64,000 bases of DNA from a virus (taxonomy: Duplodnaviria > Caudoviricetes), in IMG/VR virus record IMGVR_UViG_3300033066_001904, positions 22,763-86,762 of that record, one strand, 5' to 3'. The notes below the pieces were generated by a model. That model did not search any database and was not told the origin of the DNA. It was given only the letters and a program-made list of their open reading frames with translations. Both the position numbers and the translations under genes were made by a program. How positions within the stretch are numbered: the first letter of the stretch is position 1; every line of letters begins with the position of its first letter. Of the stretch, positions 39,518 through 48,472 are shown in pieces.

Positions 39518-40939
39518 TTATATATCTAGCATTTTTAAATTTCCTTTTGAATCATAACCAAAATTGTTATTGTGAACATCAATATATTTTTTATTTAAAT
39601 CTTTTAAAATATTGTGGATAAGAAGATATAATTTTTTATATTTTTCAAATAGTTCTGGGTTTTGTTGTGCAAATTCCTTAAATAGATCTTTGTAGTGAGA
39701 CTTCTCATAATCACCTGCATTGTACCATCCTCTTACTAAAGCATATGTCCATTCAGCTAAATCATGAGGACTTAAACTATAGTTTAATTTTTTTCTAATA
39801 AAATTAGAAATATTTAAAGCATCATCTTTAAAAGTTTCATCATCTAATTTTTCTAGAACAACATATTTGTCTGTTATTTTTTCAATTTTTGGAAAGTATT
39901 GAGGATATTTTTGAAATATGTTTATCCAATATGATGCATTATCTTTCGCTGCTTGATTTCTAAATGTTTTTATTACAAAATTTGGATTTTTTATAAATGG
40001 ATAAACTTCATGTTCTGAACCATTTTTAGAATTTTTACGTTGAATATCTAATTCATTTATATCTAAAAGATCTTTATCTTCATATTTTTCAACATGTTTT
40101 TGTAAATCTTGATATAAATTATAAACTTTTAATGACGACAAATACTTATCAACCCAATTAAATATGTTATCTTCGTTATATGGTTTATTAAAACCATATT
40201 TTCTTAATATATTAAAATATTCACGTGCTCCTGAGGCATCACATAATCCACTATGTATTTTATCTTTTATAAGTTGTTTTATTTTTTCATTTATATTAGG
40301 ATTATTTATACCTATTTCATCTAGTGAATCTTTAAATTTATTAAATCCTGTGAAATCTACATATTTAGCATCAAATATTATTTCATTTTCATTTATTACC
40401 TCGTAAGGTATATGATGCTTCTCTAAAAATTGTACAGCTGATTCAAAATATTTATCATTCCTAATATGAGTAACACTAAATTTAGAAGGTTTTCCCATAT
40501 TATAATAACCAAGATAAAAAAACTCTTGATAACCAAATTCATCCTCCGGATCTTTAAAATAAAAACATGATCTTTCCTGATTACGTGGTTTCAATATAAT
40601 GGGAGGTTTATTAACACCTATCTCTTTTAAATTATTAACGATCTGAACTCGATCTTTAGGAATACCATATGTAATATAATGTTCAGATTCTTCTAATATT
40701 TGACAGTATTTAAAATAGCGCCAATTTGTAAAATTAATAACATAATTAGGTTTAACAATGTGTTTACACCAATAACCATGAAATGGTTCACTCTTATTAT
40801 CTCCATCAAAAAAAAATTCATCATCTATTTTAATAAGTATACGATCATTATGATACCAATTATCTTTTTTTACAGCCTTTATTTTTCCTGGTGTATTTAC
40901 ACCTATTTCCTTTAAAATTTCTACAAATTTCAACTTCAT
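39518..40939 (-). CDS. multi-module EIGxNxP-tagged polyprotein with C-terminal kinase-like domain
   Basis: Three tags (EIGVNTP, EIGVNKP, EIGINNP); final module GSEHEVY...VIK...DVHNNNFG...MLD. Confidence 0.7.
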   Translation of the reverse strand: MKLKFVEILKEIGVNTPGKIKAVKKDNWYHNDRILIKIDDEFFFDGDNKSEPFHGYWCKHIVKPNYVINFTNWRYFKYCQILEESEHYITYGIPKDRVQIVNNLKEIGVNKPPIILKPRNQERSCFYFKDPEDEFGYQEFFYLGYYNMGKPSKFSVTHIRNDKYFESAVQFLEKHHIPYEVINENEIIFDAKYVDFTGFNKFKDSLDEIGINNPNINEKIKQLIKDKIHSGLCDASGAREYFNILRKYGFNKPYNEDNIFNWVDKYLSSLKVYNLYQDLQKHVEKYEDKDLLDINELDIQRKNSKNGSEHEVYPFIKNPNFVIKTFRNQAAKDNASYWINIFQKYPQYFPKIEKITDKYVVLEKLDDETFKDDALNISNFIRKKLNYSLSPHDLAEWTYALVRGWYNAGDYEKSHYKDLFKEFAQQNPELFEKYKKLYLLIHNILKDLNKKYIDVHNNNFGYDSKGNLKMLDI

Positions 40940-40961
40940 ATCAATAAATATAGATAAAGAA

Positions 40962-40983
40962 AGCCCAAGGTTACCCTTGAGCC
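40962..40983 (-). terminator. rho-independent terminator after major capsid gene
   Basis: GGCTCAAGG-GTAA-CCTTGGGCT followed by TTCTTT on the minus strand. Confidence 0.85.
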
Positions 40984-41006
40984 TCTTTTTATTGGTTTAA
41001 ATTAAA

Positions 41007-42629
41007 TTAAACTGTTTCTAATCCTGCAACATATATCTTTCCATAATAATCAGGACGAATCATCTTCTTAGCGTAACGAGTCATTAAACCTTTTCTTGGT
41101 GTGAAGGTTGAAGGATCGTAAAGAAGAGGAGTCATAATTAACGGAACATATGGTGCAAATACAGCTCCACATTCTAGGAATTGAGCTCCTTTATAACCCA
41201 TAAGAATTATATTCTCAGTCATATAAGGATTTTTGTATACCTTGTAACGACTATTTAGGCTACCAATTTTTTGCATACCAAAATTAAATTCCATTTTTTC
41301 ACCATCACCGTCTGAAGCAAATCCAGGGATTGATTCAAGAACAGTTGCTACTGTAGGTGAAGTTACTAAGAAATTAGCACCACCTCTTAAAGTTAACTGG
41401 TGGATTTTGTTTGATACTTTTTGTAGTTTAGTACCAATTGTTTGGAACCAACCACCTTGAGTATTGTAGAAACCACCTGTTGTAGCACTTGTTTGTGTGA
41501 ATGAACTACCATTCCATTGTTGGTTGTTTACTGCTGACCAGTAATCAACTGTAAATGCGTTCACAATTAACATGTCAAGTATTTCAAGATCAATTTCCAT
41601 TGAAATGTATTGAGATAAAATACCTGTTAATTCAGCTTCAGCATCAATGCTATGGTAAGCGTTAAGATCCTGAGCGAATTCTGGTGTCCATTGTGCCTTT
41701 AATTTACGTGTTTTGGCAGTAATAGATTCTGATTTTAACTGAACATTAATTTCAGCGATTGAAATAGGTTGTGCTTGTGAAATTTGTCCTGCACCTGCAC
41801 TTCCAAATGCATCTTCAAAGTCACCTCTTTGATCAGGAGCAGTTTGTTTATTATAGAATAAAGTAACTGAACCAGTTGGTGTAACTGAAGTAGCTGAAGT
41901 ACCACCTGCAATTAATATCAGGTTATTACCACTTTGAGAAGTAAATTGTTGTAAAATATCTGGAGATGTAACACCTGAACCAGATACTACAAATGATCTA
42001 ATATCAAATGTATCAAATGATGATGTAACTGCATTATAGTTAGTACCACTAACTGTAATTTTTACTAAGCTACCTGTATTGTAGTTAGTATCAAAATTAA
42101 TATCTGCCCAAGCAACTGAACTTGTAACATAAGTTACTGATGCAGTAGCATTGTTTAATGAATACGCAAATCTACCAGCTTCATAAAGAGAACCAGTTAT
42201 GATTGTAGTATTATTTGTGGCATTTGCTCCATAAAGTGAATCGCCTGATGCGAACGGAGCTCTGTTTGAACCATATTTGAAATCTAGATAGAATACTAGA
42301 CCAGAAGGTAGGTTCATGGGTTGAACTGAAACAAATTCTTTTGCTGCAATTTCTCCAAATACTCTACGTACAAGAGGAAGAGCTACACCTGCCCAGTTTT
42401 CTGAATTGTAACCTCCACCTGTCATAGATGTAGTACCACCGGTAATGTTACCTTCAGTGATTAATTGTTTAGCTTGGTTTTCAAGTAATACCGCTATTGT
42501 ATTACGCTCATTTTCAGTCTTTAAATTCTTTAAAAGACCTGATTTATCCCACTTAGAAGTAAGACGTTTTGCGTCGTCTGATACTTGCTTAAATTGGTTT
42601 GATGATTCTAATAATTGTTGAACATTCAT
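41007..42629 (-). CDS. major capsid protein (gp23-like)
   Basis: VSVQPMNLPSGLVFY, AKTRKLKAQWTPEFAQDL, FAPYVPL, TRYAK. Confidence 0.96.
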   Translation of the reverse strand: MNVQQLLESSNQFKQVSDDAKRLTSKWDKSGLLKNLKTENERNTIAVLLENQAKQLITEGNITGGTTSMTGGGYNSENWAGVALPLVRRVFGEIAAKEFVSVQPMNLPSGLVFYLDFKYGSNRAPFASGDSLYGANATNNTTIITGSLYEAGRFAYSLNNATASVTYVTSSVAWADINFDTNYNTGSLVKITVSGTNYNAVTSSFDTFDIRSFVVSGSGVTSPDILQQFTSQSGNNLILIAGGTSATSVTPTGSVTLFYNKQTAPDQRGDFEDAFGSAGAGQISQAQPISIAEINVQLKSESITAKTRKLKAQWTPEFAQDLNAYHSIDAEAELTGILSQYISMEIDLEILDMLIVNAFTVDYWSAVNNQQWNGSSFTQTSATTGGFYNTQGGWFQTIGTKLQKVSNKIHQLTLRGGANFLVTSPTVATVLESIPGFASDGDGEKMEFNFGMQKIGSLNSRYKVYKNPYMTENIILMGYKGAQFLECGAVFAPYVPLIMTPLLYDPSTFTPRKGLMTRYAKKMIRPDYYGKIYVAGLETV

Positions 42630-42661
42630 AATATTCGTTTTTTAGTTGTTTTGTTGTTGTT

Positions 42662-43831
42662 TTAGATAATGTTTGCTAGTTTTTGCATACGAGAAATAAC
42701 ATCATTAGACTCAACAATTTGTTTTCTAGGAGAAACTCCTAAAGCTTTTGAAGCAAATCCTAATGATTCTTTAACCATTTGTTTTTTATTATTTGCTTTT
42801 CCACCAATTGTTGTTTGAAGTGACTCATAAATTAATTTAGCTTCTTGAGTTGTTCTTGCTTTATCAAATGAAGCTAAAACTTTAACCTTTTGAGATTCAT
42901 TTAAATTTTGAGCTTTAAATATTTTATTTACATAAAGCATTTTAGCGTTAAATAAATTTACCTCATTTAGTTCAGAACGAAGAGTTTTGATTGTTTGAAT
43001 AGCTTTTGCTAATTCTTTTGATTCATTCATGTTTGTTTTTCCTACTTGTTTGTAACCTAATTTGCTTGTAGTAGCAATAGCTTTTTTACCAGCAGGCCAT
43101 TTTTGAATTTTTGCTTCTTCTAAATCTTCTTCTTCTTCATTTAAAGCGTCTAGTTCAGATAGTAATTCGTTAAGATCGAAATCATCTTCGTCTAAAGAAT
43201 CATCTTCTTCACCACCTATTGGAGGATTCATATCGTCACCGCCCATATCTGAACCGGCTCCCATATCGTCTCCACCCATGTCGTCCATTCCATCACCCAT
43301 ATCGTCGCCTCCTAGATCATCACCCATATCTGAAGCTCCCATTCCACCAGCTGATGCTATAACATCACTGATAAGATCTTTAAATTCTGCAACTGTTAAG
43401 CTGCTGATTTTTTCATCTTCTGGTGAAGATTCTTCTGAATGGCTTTGTTTTGGACTTGAATCCGATTTTGGTTTTGGTTTTGAATCTGATGAATCTTTCT
43501 TTTTAGGTGCTGAATCTTTCTTATCATCATCTTTAGCTTCGTCTAGTTCATCTTCATCATCTAGTTCAGCTAAGATAGAATTAAGATCGAAATCTTCTTC
43601 TAAACCTTCATCTCCATATGATGCATTATCATCCATCATTTCATCTAAGTTTTCATCTTGATTTTCATCAAGTTCTTCTTCTTCTTGTTCTCTAAGTTTT
43701 GCTGAGATCATTGATTGAATTTTTGGTGTTAATGCTTCTTCTAGAGCTGCTTTAGCGTTAAGTAAAGCTGCCTCACGAACTGCTTTTGCATCTGCAATAG
43801 CTTGTTCAAATAAACTTTTGTTTTTTGACAT
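42662..43831 (-). CDS. prohead core scaffold protein (gp22-like)
   Basis: Highly acidic middle with many L-x-E sites, LNEVNLFNAKMLY, ends RMQKLANII; directly upstream of capsid gene. Confidence 0.8.
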   Translation of the reverse strand: MSKNKSLFEQAIADAKAVREAALLNAKAALEEALTPKIQSMISAKLREQEEEELDENQDENLDEMMDDNASYGDEGLEEDFDLNSILAELDDEDELDEAKDDDKKDSAPKKKDSSDSKPKPKSDSSPKQSHSEESSPEDEKISSLTVAEFKDLISDVIASAGGMGASDMGDDLGGDDMGDGMDDMGGDDMGAGSDMGGDDMNPPIGGEEDDSLDEDDFDLNELLSELDALNEEEEDLEEAKIQKWPAGKKAIATTSKLGYKQVGKTNMNESKELAKAIQTIKTLRSELNEVNLFNAKMLYVNKIFKAQNLNESQKVKVLASFDKARTTQEAKLIYESLQTTIGGKANNKKQMVKESLGFASKALGVSPRKQIVESNDVISRMQKLANII

Positions 43832-43960
43832 AAATAGTTTTCTCCTTAAATTTTAATTTCGGAAATAAGATTATTAGGAATCTTAATGGTAGGTTGTTTT
43901 GTAATAAATGCCGTGTTATATAAGATGTAATAACACATTAGAGGGCGGACATAAATATAT
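43832..43960 (-). promoter_or_regulatory. long 5' leader of scaffold/capsid operon with two hairpins
   Basis: ATATTTAT motif at 43951-43958; stems GTGTTAT/ATAACAC (43913-43936) and TAAGATT/AATCTTA (43866-43885). Confidence 0.45.
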
Positions 43961-43978
43961 GGAAAGGATTAAAAACGA

Positions 43979-44251
43979 CTAGGAATTTAGAGAATTTAAT
44001 AATTTTAGCAAATCATTATATATTAGTTGTAAAGTTTTAGGAGATAGTTTGTCTAACTGATATTGAAAATCGCTATAGTCTAAATTATATTTGTTAATTA
44101 TATCTGAAACACTAGTATATTCATCAGGTAGCCAAAAATTATAATATTTAGGATGTCTTTGAATTTTGTGCTCTAAATCTTTAATTTTTTCTGGAGTTAC
44201 GCTAGGAATATTTACTCCTATTTCGGCTAATATTTTGCGAAATTTAATCAT
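43979..44251 (-). CDS. EIGxNxP-tagged protein (helical module)
   Basis: Starts MIKFRKILAEIGVNIP. Confidence 0.7.
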   Translation of the reverse strand: MIKFRKILAEIGVNIPSVTPEKIKDLEHKIQRHPKYYNFWLPDEYTSVSDIINKYNLDYSDFQYQLDKLSPKTLQLIYNDLLKLLNSLNS

Positions 44252-44882
44252 TTTTATCCGGGCATAGAGGACATATGCCTGTCATGTTACATATGATCTC
44301 GGTAATTAAAGTATGAACTTTTTGATATTTGTTATAACCATTATTATATATTTTACCTTCTTTTAAAGAATTTCCTGCTCTTCTCATAAAGGCGTTTGGG
44401 GTAGATGGAACGGACACTAAATCCCAACATAGTAGATCAAAATCATCTTGAACTTCTACAGCTTCTCCCATTTGTTGGACAGATCCCATACCTCTTGAAG
44501 ATATTCCCAATGGAATACCTGCTAATACTAACTCTTGTGCTATTTTACCTGACGGTGTATTTAATAATAGTAATTCTCCCATAAGATCATTACCTTCCCA
44601 CCATATTTCTGTAATAAGATGTGATACATTTGATAAATTTATTATAGTAGCATCAGGGTGGTCTAGTTCTCCCATAGAATTTTTATTAGCTATGGGTCCT
44701 TTTACATATTTTTCTGCTTCTCTAGCTAAAACATCACGAGGGTATACACGACCATTTCCATTTTTTTGTTCTGCTTCTTGTAATTTACCTCTAAGACGTA
44801 TTCTTCCATCATTTCCTCTTCCTTCAGAAAGAACTAATTTAGCGTCACTATGGTATGTATAATCTACTAGTAATTGTTTCAT
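44244..44882 (-). CDS. prohead protease (gp21-like)
   Basis: NGNGRVYP, GELDHP, GISSRGMGS, WDLVSVPS. Confidence 0.93.
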   Translation of the reverse strand: MKQLLVDYTYHSDAKLVLSEGRGNDGRIRLRGKLQEAEQKNGNGRVYPRDVLAREAEKYVKGPIANKNSMGELDHPDATIINLSNVSHLITEIWWEGNDLMGELLLLNTPSGKIAQELVLAGIPLGISSRGMGSVQQMGEAVEVQDDFDLLCWDLVSVPSTPNAFMRRAGNSLKEGKIYNNGYNKYQKVHTLITEIICNMTGICPLCPDKND

Positions 44883-44889
44883 TTTATTA

Positions 44890-46365
44890 TTAATCGTTTA
44901 AATCGTCATTTGGGTCTAAATAAAAATGATCTGTTTTTCCTTTTGCATTAGAAACAGTTATTTTAACATCTGCTCCTTCTCTTTTTATTTGATCAATTGT
45001 AACTTGTTCTCCAGATTTAAATTTTCCTAAGTCGGATTGTAAAGTAATAGTTTGACCTTGTTTAAGGCTCTTTACTTTCATTTCTTCATTTAGAGGATAG
45101 TCATCTTCATCTTCTTCATACGCTACTAAATTATCTCTACCATCAAATGTTTCTTCTACTTTTTTTTTTGACAAAACTTCATTTAGTTCTTGTCTAATTA
45201 TTTCTTCTAGTTGAGATTTAAATTTATCAAATGATTTACCTAAATCTACTTTACCGTAGTCTCTATTTTTTGAAGATACTTCAATAGCTGCTGGATTTTC
45301 TTGTGATGGATTAACTGAATATGTTCCTTCTAATTTACTTTTAATATCATCAGATACTCTTGGTTCATTTTTACATGTAATTAATACTTTATCACCATTG
45401 TCTTGTACTTGATATTCTTTTCCTGGCGCTTCTCTTTTAAGAAATGTAGTTACACCTTTAGCTAAAGGTGAAGATTCCATGTTTGGTAACGGATATATAT
45501 CTGCATTTTCCTTTAATTTCATTTTTTTCATCTTTTCACCAGTAGCATCCATTTTTTTAACTCCTCTAACACTCTTAGGAACTAATGACATAAGTTGAAT
45601 TCCCTTTACTTGATGAGGAGCTTCTTTTTTAGCCTTATTAGCATTTGCCTTTTCTTTAGCATATCCTTTTACAGGCTTCATTTCATTCGACTTATCTTTT
45701 GTGTTAGAGCACTTTTTATCTACCTCAATTGGAACATCTGAACGTTTCTTTTTAGAAACTTTCTTAGGTTTATTTTCATCATCTAAACCCATCCAATATA
45801 GTTTAGTATAGTATGCTGGGTCTTCTGCTAGGTGATCTAAAGCTATTTCTTGAGCTTTTTCGGGATCCTTAGTATGTTCCATTTCTACTCTAATTCCTCT
45901 GTATAGTTCACGTTGGTCTACTCTATCTGGTGTTAATTTATCACCCTTTCCGCCTTTTATCTTATTTGTTGACTTAATTTCTTGTAGGGGATCAACGTTT
46001 GTACCAAATTGGTAATTATTATGATCATGTTCACCTTGAATTTCCATCCACTCATCTTCTGTTATCCCTTTAGAATTTAACCAATGAGACACAGCTTGAT
46101 TATAATCTTCTTCACTTTGACCTTCGTGTTCTAAATTATCATATTCATTTTTCATTTGATTTATTTCTTCATCAGAAAAACGTTTATGATTTGGATCTAG
46201 ATTTTCAGTTAAAATACTTTTATTCTTTAATATTTTTACAGCATCTTTAAAAGATGTAACATTTGTCACATATTGTGGTAATGACATACGTAAACTTCTC
46301 ATAAAGTTGTACTGAGATATTTTACCTTCTAATAAATCTATGTATTGATTTTGAATACTTTTCAT
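44890..46365 (-). CDS. head-associated multi-segment protein with DUF5661-like domain
   Basis: GIRVEMEHT...IALDHLAEDPAYYTKL; many L-x-E sites. Confidence 0.6.
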   Translation of the reverse strand: MKSIQNQYIDLLEGKISQYNFMRSLRMSLPQYVTNVTSFKDAVKILKNKSILTENLDPNHKRFSDEEINQMKNEYDNLEHEGQSEEDYNQAVSHWLNSKGITEDEWMEIQGEHDHNNYQFGTNVDPLQEIKSTNKIKGGKGDKLTPDRVDQRELYRGIRVEMEHTKDPEKAQEIALDHLAEDPAYYTKLYWMGLDDENKPKKVSKKKRSDVPIEVDKKCSNTKDKSNEMKPVKGYAKEKANANKAKKEAPHQVKGIQLMSLVPKSVRGVKKMDATGEKMKKMKLKENADIYPLPNMESSPLAKGVTTFLKREAPGKEYQVQDNGDKVLITCKNEPRVSDDIKSKLEGTYSVNPSQENPAAIEVSSKNRDYGKVDLGKSFDKFKSQLEEIIRQELNEVLSKKKVEETFDGRDNLVAYEEDEDDYPLNEEMKVKSLKQGQTITLQSDLGKFKSGEQVTIDQIKREGADVKITVSNAKGKTDHFYLDPNDDLND

Positions 46366-46367
46366 TT

Positions 46368-47597
46368 TTATTTTCCTTTTAAAGTGGCTAAACTTTTATC
46401 TTTATAGCTACTAATATTTTTTACTCTACCTTGAACAACTTCTAAAGTCCAATTATGAACTTGATCTATTCCTGCATTTTGTAAAACTAACACATCACCT
46501 TGTTTACCTGTATTATCTCTAACAAATACATCATATGTTCCATTAGGTTTAGCGTGAAGAACTACAAATCCTGTAATTTCATTGTTAACTATCATTTGAC
46601 GGAATAAACCATATTCATTTACATAGTAAACATCTTTAAAGTCAGGTGAAGTTTGTAAAATTTTCCAACCTTCTTTTCTCATTTGGTCTCCCATATTTTT
46701 TAAAGGAGAATATATGGTATCTACTATGGTAGGTACTTTATATAAAGTGTCTTTTTCTGCTTTAGATAACTTTGGAGATAATATTAAAGCAGCTATAATA
46801 GATGCTGTTAATAAACCTTTTTTAGAATATTCTTTAATTTTAGTTAAAACACGTTTAAAATCAACAGATTCTTGTAAATTTCCCAATATATCGTCCACAA
46901 TAGCTTGTTCTTGATTGCTGTCTTCTTGTAAAGATTTCATCTTTTCATTTAAAGAAGCCATCATTTCTGAAATTTGTCCAACAAATTGTTGGGTTTCTTT
47001 CCAATATTTAATACCATCACCTTCTGATAGTTCTTGTTTCATTTTAGAAGTATATTCAACTATACTGTCAATTTCTTGAAGTCTTTTTTTAACTTGTTTA
47101 ATTGCTCTATTTAATTGTTCATTTTTTGAACGATATGATATACTTTGTTTAAATTGTTTAAATGAATTTTCTTTTAACAATTCACTTTTAATAATTTCGT
47201 ATATTTTATCGTGTTGACATGAACATTTTTCTTTTCCTTTGAATGCTTTAGGAGTAGAATAGGCTCCTACATCACCTGATGTTGAACCTTCATCTTCTTC
47301 TAAATTAGGATTAAGTTTATTCCAAGTTTTTACTAAATCATTATAAAGTTTATTTAATTTAATGGAATCCAAAGCGGAAAGCCATTCATCATAATCGTCA
47401 TCAGGATCGTAACCATATGACATAGCTATTTTATCTACGCTTATATCATTTTCTTCATCATTCAAAACAGTATATGATATTTTTTTTGATAATTCATATA
47501 CTTTTTCTGGAGTTATAGAAGGACTATTTACTCCTATTTCTTTAAGGATAAATTTATTAATATATTCTTTTAAACTATTTGGCATATTTAACTTCAT
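46368..47597 (-). CDS. head-associated protein with N-terminal EIGxNxP module
   Basis: FILKEIGVNSP, later STSGDVGAYSTPKAF and several L-x-E sites. Confidence 0.6.
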   Translation of the reverse strand: MKLNMPNSLKEYINKFILKEIGVNSPSITPEKVYELSKKISYTVLNDEENDISVDKIAMSYGYDPDDDYDEWLSALDSIKLNKLYNDLVKTWNKLNPNLEEDEGSTSGDVGAYSTPKAFKGKEKCSCQHDKIYEIIKSELLKENSFKQFKQSISYRSKNEQLNRAIKQVKKRLQEIDSIVEYTSKMKQELSEGDGIKYWKETQQFVGQISEMMASLNEKMKSLQEDSNQEQAIVDDILGNLQESVDFKRVLTKIKEYSKKGLLTASIIAALILSPKLSKAEKDTLYKVPTIVDTIYSPLKNMGDQMRKEGWKILQTSPDFKDVYYVNEYGLFRQMIVNNEITGFVVLHAKPNGTYDVFVRDNTGKQGDVLVLQNAGIDQVHNWTLEVVQGRVKNISSYKDKSLATLKGK

Positions 47598-48432
47598 TAA
47601 TTAATTGATGGTATTGAAGTAACGAAACTAAATTTTCATCTTTTACACTTTGATTTTTATCCAAAGGTTTAATTAAACTTATAACTTCATTCAATTTAAT
47701 TTTAACTGTCTGATCTTCAACCTCAGGTAATAATTTCTTTAAACTTAATTTAACTTTTACATAACTATTATTAATGAATTCTCTTAATTTCACAGTATCT
47801 GAAATATTGTTAATATATTCTTTTAAAATTAATTTTTGATCAAAAGATAAATTAGTATATTTACTATTAAATTTCTCTAATAAAATTTTATAGGTTAAAA
47901 TTCTATCACTTTTATCCATTTTTAAATATTCAGATAAAACTTGATTTTCAACATCATTTTTATTAACTTCCTTGCGGGTAATATGTTCTAGTAATGTAAC
48001 CTTATTATTAACAATTTGAGAAGGATCTATAAACTCTTTAGATGATTTTGATTCTATTAAATTATAAATAGCAGCGTATTGTGCATAATTATTAATTTTA
48101 GATTTAATAAATTCATCAATATTATAGTTATCTTTAATTTCTTTAATTAAATTATATTTTTCCTTACGAAGATTAGACTTATTCAATTTAGATGAAATAT
48201 CTAATGTAGCATTAATTAGAGATTCAGCATTATTTTCGTTCAATGTTTTTGAAGATATTAATGCCTGATATAATTTATGTTCTTTACCAAGTTCTGACTT
48301 GGAAAAGTACTTTTTAACTAAATCTACCGCTTTAGAATCATTCCCCGATATAGTATCAGAGGCTATTTGTCTAACCAATAATTCAAATAGTATTCCTGTA
48401 TTACGCAGCTTACTATGTTTTGTTTTAATCAT
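47575..48432 (-). CDS. hypothetical head-module protein
   Basis: 285-aa ORF downstream of portal, starts KHSKLRNTGILFELL. Confidence 0.7.
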   Translation of the reverse strand: MIKTKHSKLRNTGILFELLVRQIASDTISGNDSKAVDLVKKYFSKSELGKEHKLYQALISSKTLNENNAESLINATLDISSKLNKSNLRKEKYNLIKEIKDNYNIDEFIKSKINNYAQYAAIYNLIESKSSKEFIDPSQIVNNKVTLLEHITRKEVNKNDVENQVLSEYLKMDKSDRILTYKILLEKFNSKYTNLSFDQKLILKEYINNISDTVKLREFINNSYVKVKLSLKKLLPEVEDQTVKIKLNEVISLIKPLDKNQSVKDENLVSLLQYHQLINEVKYAK

Positions 48433-48472
48433 ATATTTTAGATAGTACGTACTAATTATAAATATGTAATAT

